From an uncultured cyanobacterium (GTDB taxonomy: Bacteria; Cyanobacteriota; Cyanobacteriia; CAKZMO01): a stretch of 64,000 bases of DNA. Positions 50,008 to 60,300 of this stretch are shown piece by piece. How positions within the stretch are numbered: position 1 is the first letter of the stretch; each line of letters begins with the position of its first letter. Below the pieces are notes generated by a model. The model was not told the DNA's origin, did no database searches, and saw only the letters and a program-made list of their open reading frames with translations. The DNA lies in NCBI GenBank assembly GCA_963719515.1, contig CAVRCJ010000010.1, forward strand, positions 512,001-576,000. Direction: 5' to 3'. A program made the position numbers and the translations under genes.

Positions 50008-50088
50008 AAAGCTATCGCAAAAATCGCGATCGCCCCTGCTTCTGAACCTGAGCAATCACCGCATAGTGCTGAGGGCCAGCAACCGTAA
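49627..50088 (+). pseudogene. tnpA: tnpA truncated at the 3' end
   Basis: HIVFVTKYR, DHIHLL and FWKRG present, but the catalytic Tyr helix (Y-x3-Q) is replaced by unrelated sequence. Confidence 0.82.
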
Positions 50089-50346
50089 CCATGGGCTGAG
50101 CAAAACCCGCCTCAGCGATCGCCACCCACTTCGCCACCTCACCCTCCCCCGCAAACTTTTCTTCAATACGCTTGCATTAGCCGCAAAACTTCGCTACGAT
50201 GCCAAGCCATGGATGCAAATTACACCGCGTCCTAATTTCCGACAACTCCAAAGATTTAGCGCCCCCTGGAAGTGCTGACACACGACCAGGGGACTCACCG
50301 CACGCTGAACGAACCAGCGGTTGGCTACTGGGATTTTATCCCGGAC

Positions 50347-50387
50347 TAGTCACCTCGCTCTATGGTTTGCGGGGTGGCTAAATTTTT
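50347..50387 (+). terminator. Intrinsic terminator-like hairpin in the leader of the 50430 gene
   Basis: 12-bp stem TAGTCACCTCGC/GCGGGGTGGCTA (three G-U pairs) followed by AATTTTT. Confidence 0.6.
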
Positions 50388-50429
50388 GGGGGCGTCTTTC
50401 CTTATACCCAAACAGGAGACAACCCCAAA

Positions 50430-50741
50430 ATGACTTGTGAACCTCAAACCCCTGACAGCCGTCAGGACAGCCTCGTGCGCCTGGACATCAACCCCCAAAC
50501 CGGGGACTACCTGATCGGCGACAAGCGCGAAAGCGGCTATCATGCCCTGCGGCTAATCGCCATTGGCTCCCTCTATGCCGTCAATAACTGCCGCGACCGG
50601 CTGCACCTGCTGGGCTACGCAGAACCTCACGAATGGTCTCAGCCCATCCCCATGGTCAATACCGACGGCGTCCTGCGGGGCCTCACGCCCACTGACGTGA
50701 TGCGCATCTTGACCAAGCGCATTACGCTGCCCCGCCGGTAA
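50430..50741 (+). CDS. Hypothetical protein, 103 aa
   Basis: ATG preceded by CAGGAG; EPHEWSQPIP motif; no function recognised. Confidence 0.7.
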   Translation: MTCEPQTPDSRQDSLVRLDINPQTGDYLIGDKRESGYHALRLIAIGSLYAVNNCRDRLHLLGYAEPHEWSQPIPMVNTDGVLRGLTPTDVMRILTKRITLPRR

Positions 50742-50788
50742 GGGCAAGCCTCGGGCTGGCAAAAACCAGCCCGAGCGTCGTGGAACCT

Positions 50789-52478
50789 CTACGGCATGGG
50801 GAACAGCATATTCCCCGACTCATTCAGCGCCGCCAGCCTGGCGTCTTGCATCACGGCCCGCCGCCGGGCGATCGCCACGTCGTACAGCCGCTCTAGCTCC
50901 GCCTGCCGGGAGGCCGGGTCGCTGAGCCGAGCCTCCAGCGTCCTGCGATAGGTCTTCACGCGATCGGCCAAGACCTGCTTGGGGTCATCCGCCTTCAAAA
51001 TCGCCAGCAGCTCCCCTTCTGAAGACCCGCTCGGCGGCTTCAGGCGCTCCAGCCTATCAACGACGACTTGGGTCAGCTCATCGGGGTGGCGCTTCGTCTT
51101 CAGCGGGTCCGTGACGTTGAGCGGCTGAAAGCGGAAGGTGTCCGGAATCAAATCCAGCAGCGTCTCCCGACCTTCAGACAGCACTGGATTTTCCAGGTCG
51201 ATTGCCGTCACCGCCGCCGCGAACTCAGGGGTAATAATCCCCTGCTTGATCAGCCGGTCCACCAGGTCATTGTCGATGTGGCTGGGCTCGGGCACCAGCC
51301 AGGCAAACACCGCATCCCCAGGCTCAACGCCCCCCAGCTTTGTCCGGGAGTTGACGATTAAATCCTTGTACTCTTCCGCAGACAGCTCTGTGACATCATC
51401 AAACCTCTGAGCCTCAGAAATCCCTAAGCCCTTATAGTTCAGGATTCGGCTGCCGCCAATCAGGTTGGCGTTGAGGAAAAAGCTGTCGGGAATGCGGACC
51501 GGCTGCCCTGGGCCATTGGTGTCGGCTTTAGGGAAAGGGATGCAAACCAGACGGAATGCGATCGGCGCTGATGATGTTGTATTCGGTGGTGGTGAACAGG
51601 GGCTTGAGTAAGGCCTTGCCGTCGGTCACCTCCTGGAAACCATTAGCGTCGGTGACGGGCTGTCCGCTGTCGTCGTGGCGAATCAGCTGGGCAATTCTCG
51701 CTCGGTTAAACTTGCGGATGGGTGAGATAACCAAGCGCTCTAGGGTTTCGGCCCCGCTCAGCCGGTCGCCCCGCAGCTTGCTGTCCTGGGAGACCTTCCA
51801 CGGGAGCGTATCACCGGTTTGAAAGCCCTGTAGGTAGGTCACGGGGAAATCTAGGGAGTGCCAGTTGTTCCACGGGCGCAGCAGCTCCTTCATCACTGGA
51901 GCGCCGTTGATGTGGCACTGCATGCAGGTGCCGCTGCGCTGGGAGACGGTCATCGCGTCCGCCCCTTCAGACGAGCCGCGAAACTTCCAGGAGGGGCGGT
52001 CTGTGCCCTGGCGGTCCAGCTTGTAGTAGTTGTAGCGTCCCCGCTCGTCGTCCCAACCTAGGGCTTCGATGGGCTGCTGGTCCGGGAACTGCTCGGAGTT
52101 AAACAACACCGAAAGCATGACGTTGGTGTTCAGCCGCTCCGACCCATTGACGCCCGAGTAGGTCAACACCGCCCGCCGCCCCTGTCCGGGCGCGGAGTCG
52201 GCAATGTGCTCTTCGACGACGAACGTATGCCGCTGTGAGGCACTGGGCTGAATGAGCGCTTCAACCTCAGATAGCGAGGTCGCGTCCGCTCCCTCCTTCA
52301 GCACCAGGTTAAAAAACGGATCGCCGAGTTCGCTGCGCTCCTCAGGGGTCAGAGGCCTCACCGGGCTGGCGTTGGCGTCTTGACGCAGCAGGGCCGCGCT
52401 GTCTTGGGCAAAGGCTGGCTCAGCCACTAGCCCCACCGCCAAGGTGAGGCTCAAAAGCAGATTCAAAATTCTACGCAT
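50789..52478 (-). pseudogene. Secreted protein with one CxxCH heme-c motif, one frameshift at ~51530
   Basis: Signal peptide MRRILNLLLSLTLAVGLVAEPAFA (ATG 52478); CMQCHING; after CCCTTTCCC the adjacent frame runs without stops (KADTNGPG...FLNANL...) into ORF 50789-51310. Confidence 0.78.
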
Positions 52479-52524
52479 TACCGCTTCTCGCTTGAACTTC
52501 CTGTGACTAAAACTATTTTTTGGT

Positions 52525-53547
52525 CTAGACTGCACGCACAAATTCCTGGCCCGTTCTCGCCCAGCGGGGCAAACTTGCGTCGGGAGCCGAGATCACATCA
52601 GCTTCCACCTGCAGCTCATTGGCCACCTGGGCCCCGCTGGTCACGGGGTCACCCCCCAGGGTAACCGCACCCTTCGTCAGGTCTAGCACCGCGCGACGAC
52701 CGTTGCGGCTGATGGCCCAGGCCCCCTTGCTGTCTAGGGCGTCGTTGATCTCGACCGGGACGCCGTCGATGTCCCAGCTTCCCAAAAGCGCCTTTAGCCT
52801 AACGCCGACCGGATCCGCCAGGCTGAGGGCGCGATCGCTGCGGATCATATTTTGGGAGGCTTGGCAGATGACGGGGTCCGAATTGCGGTTCGCCCCGCAG
52901 GCCCCGCCGACCGCACCACACACGGCGCTAGGCGGAATGTCGGTCTGCTGAACTGCACATTTGTCGACGAGGTTGAACAGAGCCCCAATGGTGTTGAACC
53001 GCTGAGTCAAGCAGAGAATGCCTTTTTCACCGTTGTTCCAAGGATTTCGGGGAAGGTTTAGCCTGAAGAGCTGGGCGCGGCTCTCGCCATTGGCGAGCCT
53101 GGGATCAAATTCGGCACCAAATAGGTCTTCCAAGGTTGGGCTCGCGCCGGGAATCGCGTCTTGAATGCCCGCCATTAGAGCCTCAACGCTGACCCGCGCT
53201 AGGGCCTGGTAATACTCTGGAAACTCGGTGGTAAAGGTAACCCGCGCGATCGCCCCCGTTTCAGAGCGCTCCGTCCACCATTCCACATATTCGTCCTGCC
53301 ACCGAAAGCGATCGCGATCGATTTCCTCAAACGGGGCCGAGGCTGTAACCGGAAATGCCCGCCAAGGCACAGAATTGATCTGGCTCGTGCCGGCTGGCAG
53401 GGTTTCAAATGCGTCGAGCACGGCGAACCCGGAGTTAGGTAAGCGGGCGGAGTTTTGGTAAAAGCCATCGACTATGGCTCGGTATTCGTCGAGTGCCCCC
53501 TGCTGCTTTAGGAAATCGGTTCCGGTGGGATCTATATATGCAAACAT
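52525..53547 (-). CDS. Hypothetical protein (QDEYxEW / VTFTTEFPEY / NRNSDP motifs)
   Basis: 340-aa ORF with ATG start, 46 nt upstream of the CxxCH gene on the same strand. Confidence 0.8.
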   Translation of the reverse strand: MFAYIDPTGTDFLKQQGALDEYRAIVDGFYQNSARLPNSGFAVLDAFETLPAGTSQINSVPWRAFPVTASAPFEEIDRDRFRWQDEYVEWWTERSETGAIARVTFTTEFPEYYQALARVSVEALMAGIQDAIPGASPTLEDLFGAEFDPRLANGESRAQLFRLNLPRNPWNNGEKGILCLTQRFNTIGALFNLVDKCAVQQTDIPPSAVCGAVGGACGANRNSDPVICQASQNMIRSDRALSLADPVGVRLKALLGSWDIDGVPVEINDALDSKGAWAISRNGRRAVLDLTKGAVTLGGDPVTSGAQVANELQVEADVISAPDASLPRWARTGQEFVRAV

Positions 53548-54074
53548 ATCAGTTACTCATTTACTCTCATCAGAAGCGCTGGTCTAGATCGCCACAACCC
53601 ACGCGGTCTCAAACCTATAGGCATTGAGAAGCCAGCCGCCCGTCTGCGTCGTGGTGATATCGTAATCTCTACCCTTCGCTACAGCGTATTCAGAGTGAAT
53701 TACGCAATTGATGAGTGAATTGGCATGTAAGGATTTTTAAAGGCCGTAAGCTGTCCCTCTGCGGCAAACGCATCCGAGAGCTGCCGATTACGCTTGAGAA
53801 ACTGCTGTAGGCTTCTACTGTGCCAACGTTGGTCAGCTTGTGGAGCTTCAAGCCATTGCCAATGCCGCGATTCACCCTAGAGGTGTCGCGAGACCGATTT
53901 TCCCTGGTAGACTAGGGGCCTGGTCCGGTGCTTTTGGCCCGCCGCGATCGCCCCACTCCCAAACAGCATCGCCGGACTGCTTGAGGCGGAAGCCTTAAAA
54001 TACTGGTTTTTGAATGTGTAGGCTGGACGATGTCGAAACCAACAGCTAGGTTTCTGAAACGTGCTGAGCGCCGC

Positions 54075-55037
54075 TCATTTATAGCTACTCATCGCCTTTG
54101 TTTGAACGGATAGGTTTGCTTCCTCCCAAGCTCTGAATAGCCCTAACTCAGGTTTCAGCTCAGCAAGCCCGATACTGGTAATGATCTGAGAACAACCCAG
54201 GTTGGTCTGCACCTTGTCGGCTAGCGCTTTACCCTGCTTGAAGCTACAATCTACGCACAAAATTGCAAACTTATCGCCACCAACGCGAGCAAGGTAACCG
54301 ATATATTGCCCACTGAGAGCGCTTTTGATGAGTCTTGCTGCTCTACGCAAATACTCATCACCGGCTGAATGTCCTTTGATATAGTTGATTCGCTTCAGAT
54401 TATCCAAATCCAAATCAATCGAAATAATGCAGGCTGACTGACCTAAAACTTTGCAGTTTTCTTCTTCTTTCGCAAGGAGCTTATTCCAAGCGTGGCGGTT
54501 AAATACGCTGGTCAGAGAATCTCTAAACAACAAGGTCTCGAATTCTGCAGTTTGTTCCATCGTAGCCTCAGGCTCTAGCCGAGCATCGATAAGTGCGGTG
54601 ATCAGCTTGCCTGTGATGGTGATCAGCGGCAAATGAGCTTCGACGGATTGAGGCAGCGGCTCAGGATGAATGGCGCACAAAGTTCCAAAGAGATCCCCGC
54701 TCTTAGAGAGCAGCGGGACACCGGCATAGGCTCCTATCTCTAAGTGCTCGACAATTGGGGCTCTGGTGTAGGCGTCAATATTTTGAACGGCTGATGTAAT
54801 AAATGGACCGTTGCCGAGCACCATCTGATAGCAGCAAGAATCCATCCAGTTGAACACAGTACCTTCAGCAACGCCGTAGCTGTGGTCATCCACCTGCAAA
54901 ATGATCCAGTCTTTCCCGTCAACGCGGGTGATCATCCAAAGGTCAAATCCTACCGTCTGATGAAGGAAGGCAAGTGTCTCGCGGAATAAGCACTCCAGAT
55001 TAGAAGTGCCGTTGACAGAGCAAGATGGAAACACCAA
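54075..55037 (-). CDS. GAF-GGDEF protein with degenerate active site
   Basis: GAF motifs GAYAGVPL, FGTLCAI; DSLTSVFNR; ARVGGDKF instead of GG(D/E)EF. Confidence 0.8.
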   Translation of the reverse strand: MVFPSCSVNGTSNLECLFRETLAFLHQTVGFDLWMITRVDGKDWIILQVDDHSYGVAEGTVFNWMDSCCYQMVLGNGPFITSAVQNIDAYTRAPIVEHLEIGAYAGVPLLSKSGDLFGTLCAIHPEPLPQSVEAHLPLITITGKLITALIDARLEPEATMEQTAEFETLLFRDSLTSVFNRHAWNKLLAKEEENCKVLGQSACIISIDLDLDNLKRINYIKGHSAGDEYLRRAARLIKSALSGQYIGYLARVGGDKFAILCVDCSFKQGKALADKVQTNLGCSQIITSIGLAELKPELGLFRAWEEANLSVQTKAMSSYK

Positions 55038-55218
55038 ATAGACCTCAGGACAGAGTGTTCGTTTATACCAGGAATTATAAGCGCAGCACGCTCTACAGGA
55101 GCCAAGCTATCTGCGCTGCCCAACTCAGCAATATATCAGCAGGCGCAGGCGAAATCCAGCGGCTTCAACCAAGCATCGATAAGCGCGGCAACGCAGCACA
55201 GCGTGCAGCCACAATGCG

Positions 55219-55421
55219 TTAATCCAAACGCTTTAAATCACTCTGAAAGTACCATACCGAGTACCCTTCAGCGTCCTGTGGCATACAGGTAACGGAGTAA
55301 TGCCAAGCCTTTTCGTCTTCGTAAAAATGCATCCTCGAATGAAACCTATACTCCCCTGCGGAACTTTGACCATTGTGCCAAGCTCGAAGCTGGGTGGGTA
55401 CAGCTGCATCTCCTCTACCAT
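55219..55421 (-). pseudogene. Small SH3-like (DUF1392-like) protein with a 1-nt frameshift at ~55332
   Basis: PPSFELGTMVKV...GFIRG joins MHFYEDEKAWHYSV...WYFQSDL if one base is added at CGAGG-ATG. Confidence 0.5.
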
Positions 55422-55786
55422 TCGCCGACATTCTTATTGAGTAATAGACGTATATTATTATAATATCTTTTTCTCATTACATGGCAATGGTGATCTGCGT
55501 CACAAGTAACATCTTTAAAGTAATAGCTTTATTTGGATCGACGAGGATACTTGTGTCTACTGCCTCACCAAAGATGGCAGTCAATACAGGCCAATCCCTT
55601 AAAGCATTTGGTTTCCCAAGCTAGACTTACCAAAGTTGGCTTCGTCTCGGTGAGGGCGTAGCCCTGATCGCCGCCACCCGAGCGCTCAGAGCCGACGCTG
55701 TTCAGGCCTTTTCCCAGTCGTACCCTCACCCCTGCTTCCGCCCGCCTAAGTGCATCGTCGCCACCTCCGAGTCCTCCATCCCAGCC

Positions 55787-56767
55787 ATGTGGTTCAAAGC
55801 CCTCACCGGATTCTCTGAAGTCTCTCCGCAGCAGGTGCGCGAGAACATTGTGGTGGATGGAGACAAGCTGATTTCCCGCGCTAACGGGGCCGTGCTGCAG
55901 TGCGGCGAGCTAGAAACCCCGTCCCTAGCGGAACTGCGACAGCGGGCCTTTTCCCAGGCGGGTGACGGCGCGATCGCCCTGCGGGAGGTGGTGGCCGATG
56001 TGCAGCACCTGCACCGAGACCCCGCGCATGCCGGAGCCCTGTTTCAGGTGGCCTCCCAGTTCAACCTGCTAGAGATGGTATCCCCAGAGGTGACCCCAGA
56101 AGCAGGTGTAGGGATTTACGAGCAGGACCACACCCAGGGGCCGGCCTGTGCGGTCGCCGCCGGGGCGGGGACCCTCTACCGCAACTATTTTGCTGAGGTG
56201 AATGGGCAAATTGGCCAAACGGCCCACAATCAAATTGACTGCCTTACTGACTTAGGGGCGGCGCTCGGCAACGAGGGCGATCGCCTGTGGACCATGAAGA
56301 ATGGCTATGCCCTCCCCTCACGGGCCGGATTAGAGCAGATATCCCACCGCCTGCAAAGCGCGACCGAGGGCGATCGCAATCGGCTGCGGGGTTTGCTGCG
56401 TATTGGCCTGCAGTGGAACACCCAGGTCACCCTAGGGAACTACCAGCATCTGGTATCCCAGGCCTACTGCTCGGCGCTGCCGGTGGCCTATGGGAGCGAG
56501 CCCCAGGCCCTTTGGACCGAGTTCGCAACCCTAGTGCTGGAGGCGGCCTATGAAGCGACGCTTTGCGCGGGAATTATCAACGCGCGGCGCAGCGGCAACC
56601 GTACTGTATTTTTGACGTTGCTGGGCGGGGGCGTATTTGGCAACGACTCAGATTGGATTATTGGGGCTTTGGAACGAGCGGTGGCGCAGTGCGAGGCCTA
56701 TTCACTGGATGTAGCCATCGTCAGCCACGGGGGCCCCAATACCTGGGTGCGACCACTGCTGCGGTGA
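55787..56767 (+). CDS. Hypothetical protein, macrodomain/PARG-like by motif
   Basis: LFQVASQFNLLEM, D.TQGPACA, AAYEATL and LTLLGGGVFGN (macro-type diphosphate-binding loop). Confidence 0.7.
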   Translation: MWFKALTGFSEVSPQQVRENIVVDGDKLISRANGAVLQCGELETPSLAELRQRAFSQAGDGAIALREVVADVQHLHRDPAHAGALFQVASQFNLLEMVSPEVTPEAGVGIYEQDHTQGPACAVAAGAGTLYRNYFAEVNGQIGQTAHNQIDCLTDLGAALGNEGDRLWTMKNGYALPSRAGLEQISHRLQSATEGDRNRLRGLLRIGLQWNTQVTLGNYQHLVSQAYCSALPVAYGSEPQALWTEFATLVLEAAYEATLCAGIINARRSGNRTVFLTLLGGGVFGNDSDWIIGALERAVAQCEAYSLDVAIVSHGGPNTWVRPLLR

Positions 56768-57307
56768 AGTATTGCCTTACTGGGTTACGCGATCGCTGCC
56801 AATTCTCTACCGCATCTTGACCCAGTGCATTGCGCGACTTTGTCAACAGGGGCAGAGCTCGGGCTCGTGTTTTTGCCAGTCCGCTCGGGAAATCTATCAG
56901 TAGTTCTCCGCGATAGTGGTCAGTCGCGGGTGATAGGGGAAACAAAGCTGAGAACTCAACGTCTATCGAGTTTGTCAAGCTGAGGGCGCGATCGCCGCAT
57001 TTTCATCAAATGGATCTGTAGGTTGACCTTTTCGGGAACAAATAATCCCGTTAGAGCATCTCTGTAGACACATAGCAAGGCGGCACAAGATGCTGACCAA
57101 AAAGACGAAGAAAGGACCTTGGCCACAAAAGCTATGCAGCGCGATGTTGCTCAGCCTTCATTGAAACCGATTTCTTTGAAGCCCATTCCCAAACAGACGT
57201 AACAGCAACGGAGCCCTCGGTGTGCTTACGCAGCACCCTACCAGAATTCTTCGATTCCTCAGGAGCACTGCCATGACGATGATGTTGTTTCAACACTTAG
57301 AATCTCT

Positions 57308-60300
57308 ATGGCTATTATTACCGTTACCAATGCTCGCAACAGCGGAGCAGGATCACTGAGAGAAGCGATCGCCAGCGCCAACAGCGGCGATACAGTTGCT
57401 TTTTCCTCCGAGCTTGCCAACAAAACCATTCGCCTTGACGAACAGCTCGTCATCGACAAGGACATCACCCTCGACGGGGCAGCCGCACCCAATCTCACTC
57501 TCAGCGGCGAGGACAAGACCCGAATCCTACACGTCGACTACAGCTACGTCGACGTCGTCGTCCGCAACCTCACCTTTGCCAACGGCCGCGCCGCCGACAG
57601 CGACCCCAACAAAACTCAACAGGGCGGGGCCATCGAGCTGCGGGGTCCCAACACCCTAGTCGTCGAAAACTCTCGCTTCATCAACAACTCGGCTGAGCGG
57701 GGCGGCGCGATTCACGTCGGCTATGGCGCTAGCGCTACCGTCGTAGGTAGCGAGTTCGACGGCAACGACGGCTCTCTCGCCAACGACGGCTTCAGCGCCG
57801 GGGCGATCTCCACCCAAGGCGGGGGCGAGGGGGCAAAAGTCGTCAATACCAATGGCGATCGCAACGTTGGCGGAGAGGCATTTCTCGACATTCGTGACTC
57901 CACCTTCACCAACAACAAGGGCTCCTACGGCGCAGTCTATACGCTACTGGGCGGACTGCGGGTAGAAGACTCTGTCTTCCGCAACAATGAGGGCACCAGG
58001 GGAGCGGGCGCTATCTTCACCGATGGGGCTAACGGCACTGAGAGAGCTGATAACCTCGGCGGCACGACGCTCATCCGCAACGTCATCGCCGAGAACAATA
58101 CGGGCGGCGGTGACTACGGCGGTGCGTTTTTCCTCTACGGCTACTCCGGCGACAAGTACATCATTGAGAACACGCAGGTCATCGGCAACGAGGCGCGGCG
58201 GGGCGGCGGCATCGGGGTTCAGTCGGCCCGCGACGAAGACAACGGCGTCGAGCTAATCATTCGCGATTCTGTCATTGCAGACAATACGGCCTCCTCCCAG
58301 GGCGGCGGTATCTGGACCAACGTAAAAGGCGGTGTGACCATCGAGGACTCGACCTTTTCGGGCAACCGAGTGACGACTCCGACCGGGGGGGGAGACATCG
58401 GCGGGGCGATCGTCCTCAATACTCCTGAGTCAGCCGAGTCAACAATTACCAACACAACCTTCACCGATAACTACGCCGATCGCCAGTCGGGCAACATCTG
58501 GATTGGAGGGGCACAAAAGGCTCAAAACCTCACCATCACAGATTCTCAGTTTGCCGGTAACCGCGCTGGTAGCCGAGACATGGAGAACACGGTCAACTTT
58601 CCGGTCAATGATGGCGGTGGAAACGTCGTTCAAAATGCAAACCGAGTCGACAATGGGCTGTCTAACGCAACGTTGGTAGACAACCTGCAGATTGACACCA
58701 TTCCACCTGTAGCCGAGGAGCCCGTAGCTGAAGAGCCCGTAGCTGAAGAGCCTGCAGTTGAAGAGCCTATAGTTGAAGAGCCCGTAGCTGAAGAGCCTAC
58801 AGCTGAAGAACCCGCAGTTGAAGAGCCTACAGCTGAAGAGCCCGCAGTTGAAGAGCCTACAGCTGAAGAACCCGTAGCTGAAGAGCCCACAGTTGAAGAG
58901 CCCGTAGCTGAAGAGCCTACAGCTGAAGAGCCTACAGCTGAAGAACCCGCAGTTGAAGAGCCTACAGCTGAAGAGCCCGCAGTTGAAGAGCCTGTAGCTG
59001 AAGAGCCTGTAGCTGAAGAGCCCGCAGTTGAAGAACCCGCAGTTGAAGAACCCGCAGCTGAAGAGCCTGTAATTGAAGAGCCCGTAGCCGATGCTGGCGG
59101 TGGCGACTCTCCTGACATGGACATGTCCGAGCAACCGACACAAATGGACCCAACACAGATGGAAGACCACAATGGCCACATGGGAATGGATTCAAATGGG
59201 GGCGACATGGAGCCCTCAACAGTTTTGTGGTCAGACGCCGGAGAATGGTTAGGCCGCGTGCCCGCCGATGGGGAAGATGTCATCATTCCTGACGGCATGA
59301 CGGTTGTCTTAGACGGTGATACGCCTGATCTCGGTAACCTCGTCGTTCACGGCAAGGTCATGTTTGGTGAAACCGACGTCACCTTGACAGCAGACAACGT
59401 CATCGTCTTCGGCGAGATGATGGCAGGAAGTGAGGGTAAGCCCCACACCCACAAAGCGGAAATTATCCTCACCGGTAAATCCACAGACGCAGACGTCGTA
59501 CTGGCCGATTGGATGGGTGAAGGTCATGCCATGGACAGCGGCGAGCACGCTGGACACATGACTAACCCGATTGATAGCAAAGCCGTCATCGTTGCGCCGG
59601 GCGGAAAGCTAGAGCTGCACGGCGCCGAGGTAGACAGCTGGACTCAGCTCGATTCCACCGCCAACGCGGGCGATACGTCTATTACGCTTGCTGAAAGCCC
59701 CACAGGCTGGAACGTCGGAGATACGATCGGCATTGCCCCCACAGACTTCGACCCCCTCGAAGTTGAAGAGCGCACCATCAGCAAAATCGAAGGCTCAACG
59801 GTCTTCTTTGATAAGCCTTTGGAGTACCGTCACTACGGGGAGCAGCAGGATTTGGGCAACGGCAAACAGCTCGATATGCGGGCTGAGGTGACCAACCTGA
59901 CCCGCAACATCAGCATCACTGGGTCTGACGAAGGCGAGAGCCAAATCCTGGAAACCGATTCCAACAATCCGGATTACTATGCGCGGGCTGGCTACGGCGG
60001 CCACACCATGTATCTAAATGACTCGGAAGTCAAACTTGATGGCGTCGAGTTCAACGGACTAGGGCTATCAGGTGAGCTAGGCCGCTATCCCGTACACTTT
60101 CACCACACCGGTGATGCTGAAGGCTCCTATGTCAAGAACTCATCGATTCACCACAGCTTCCAACGGGGTCTAGTGGTCCACCGAACGGACAACCTGCTGG
60201 TTGAGGGAAACACCACTTTCGACACCATGAGCCATAGCTACTACATCGAAGATGGCGTCGAGACAGGCAACCAATTCGTCAATAACCTCGCTGTACTGCC

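Noticed and set aside
56770..57307. Possible c-di-GMP riboswitch upstream of the surface protein
   Set aside because: No GEMM-type consensus or expression platform found by eye
58439..59298. Minus-strand ORFs of 246, 222 and 85 aa with periodic Cys/Phe or Ser/Gly
   Set aside because: Shadow frames of the stop-free 15-bp xxEEP repeat in the G8 gene
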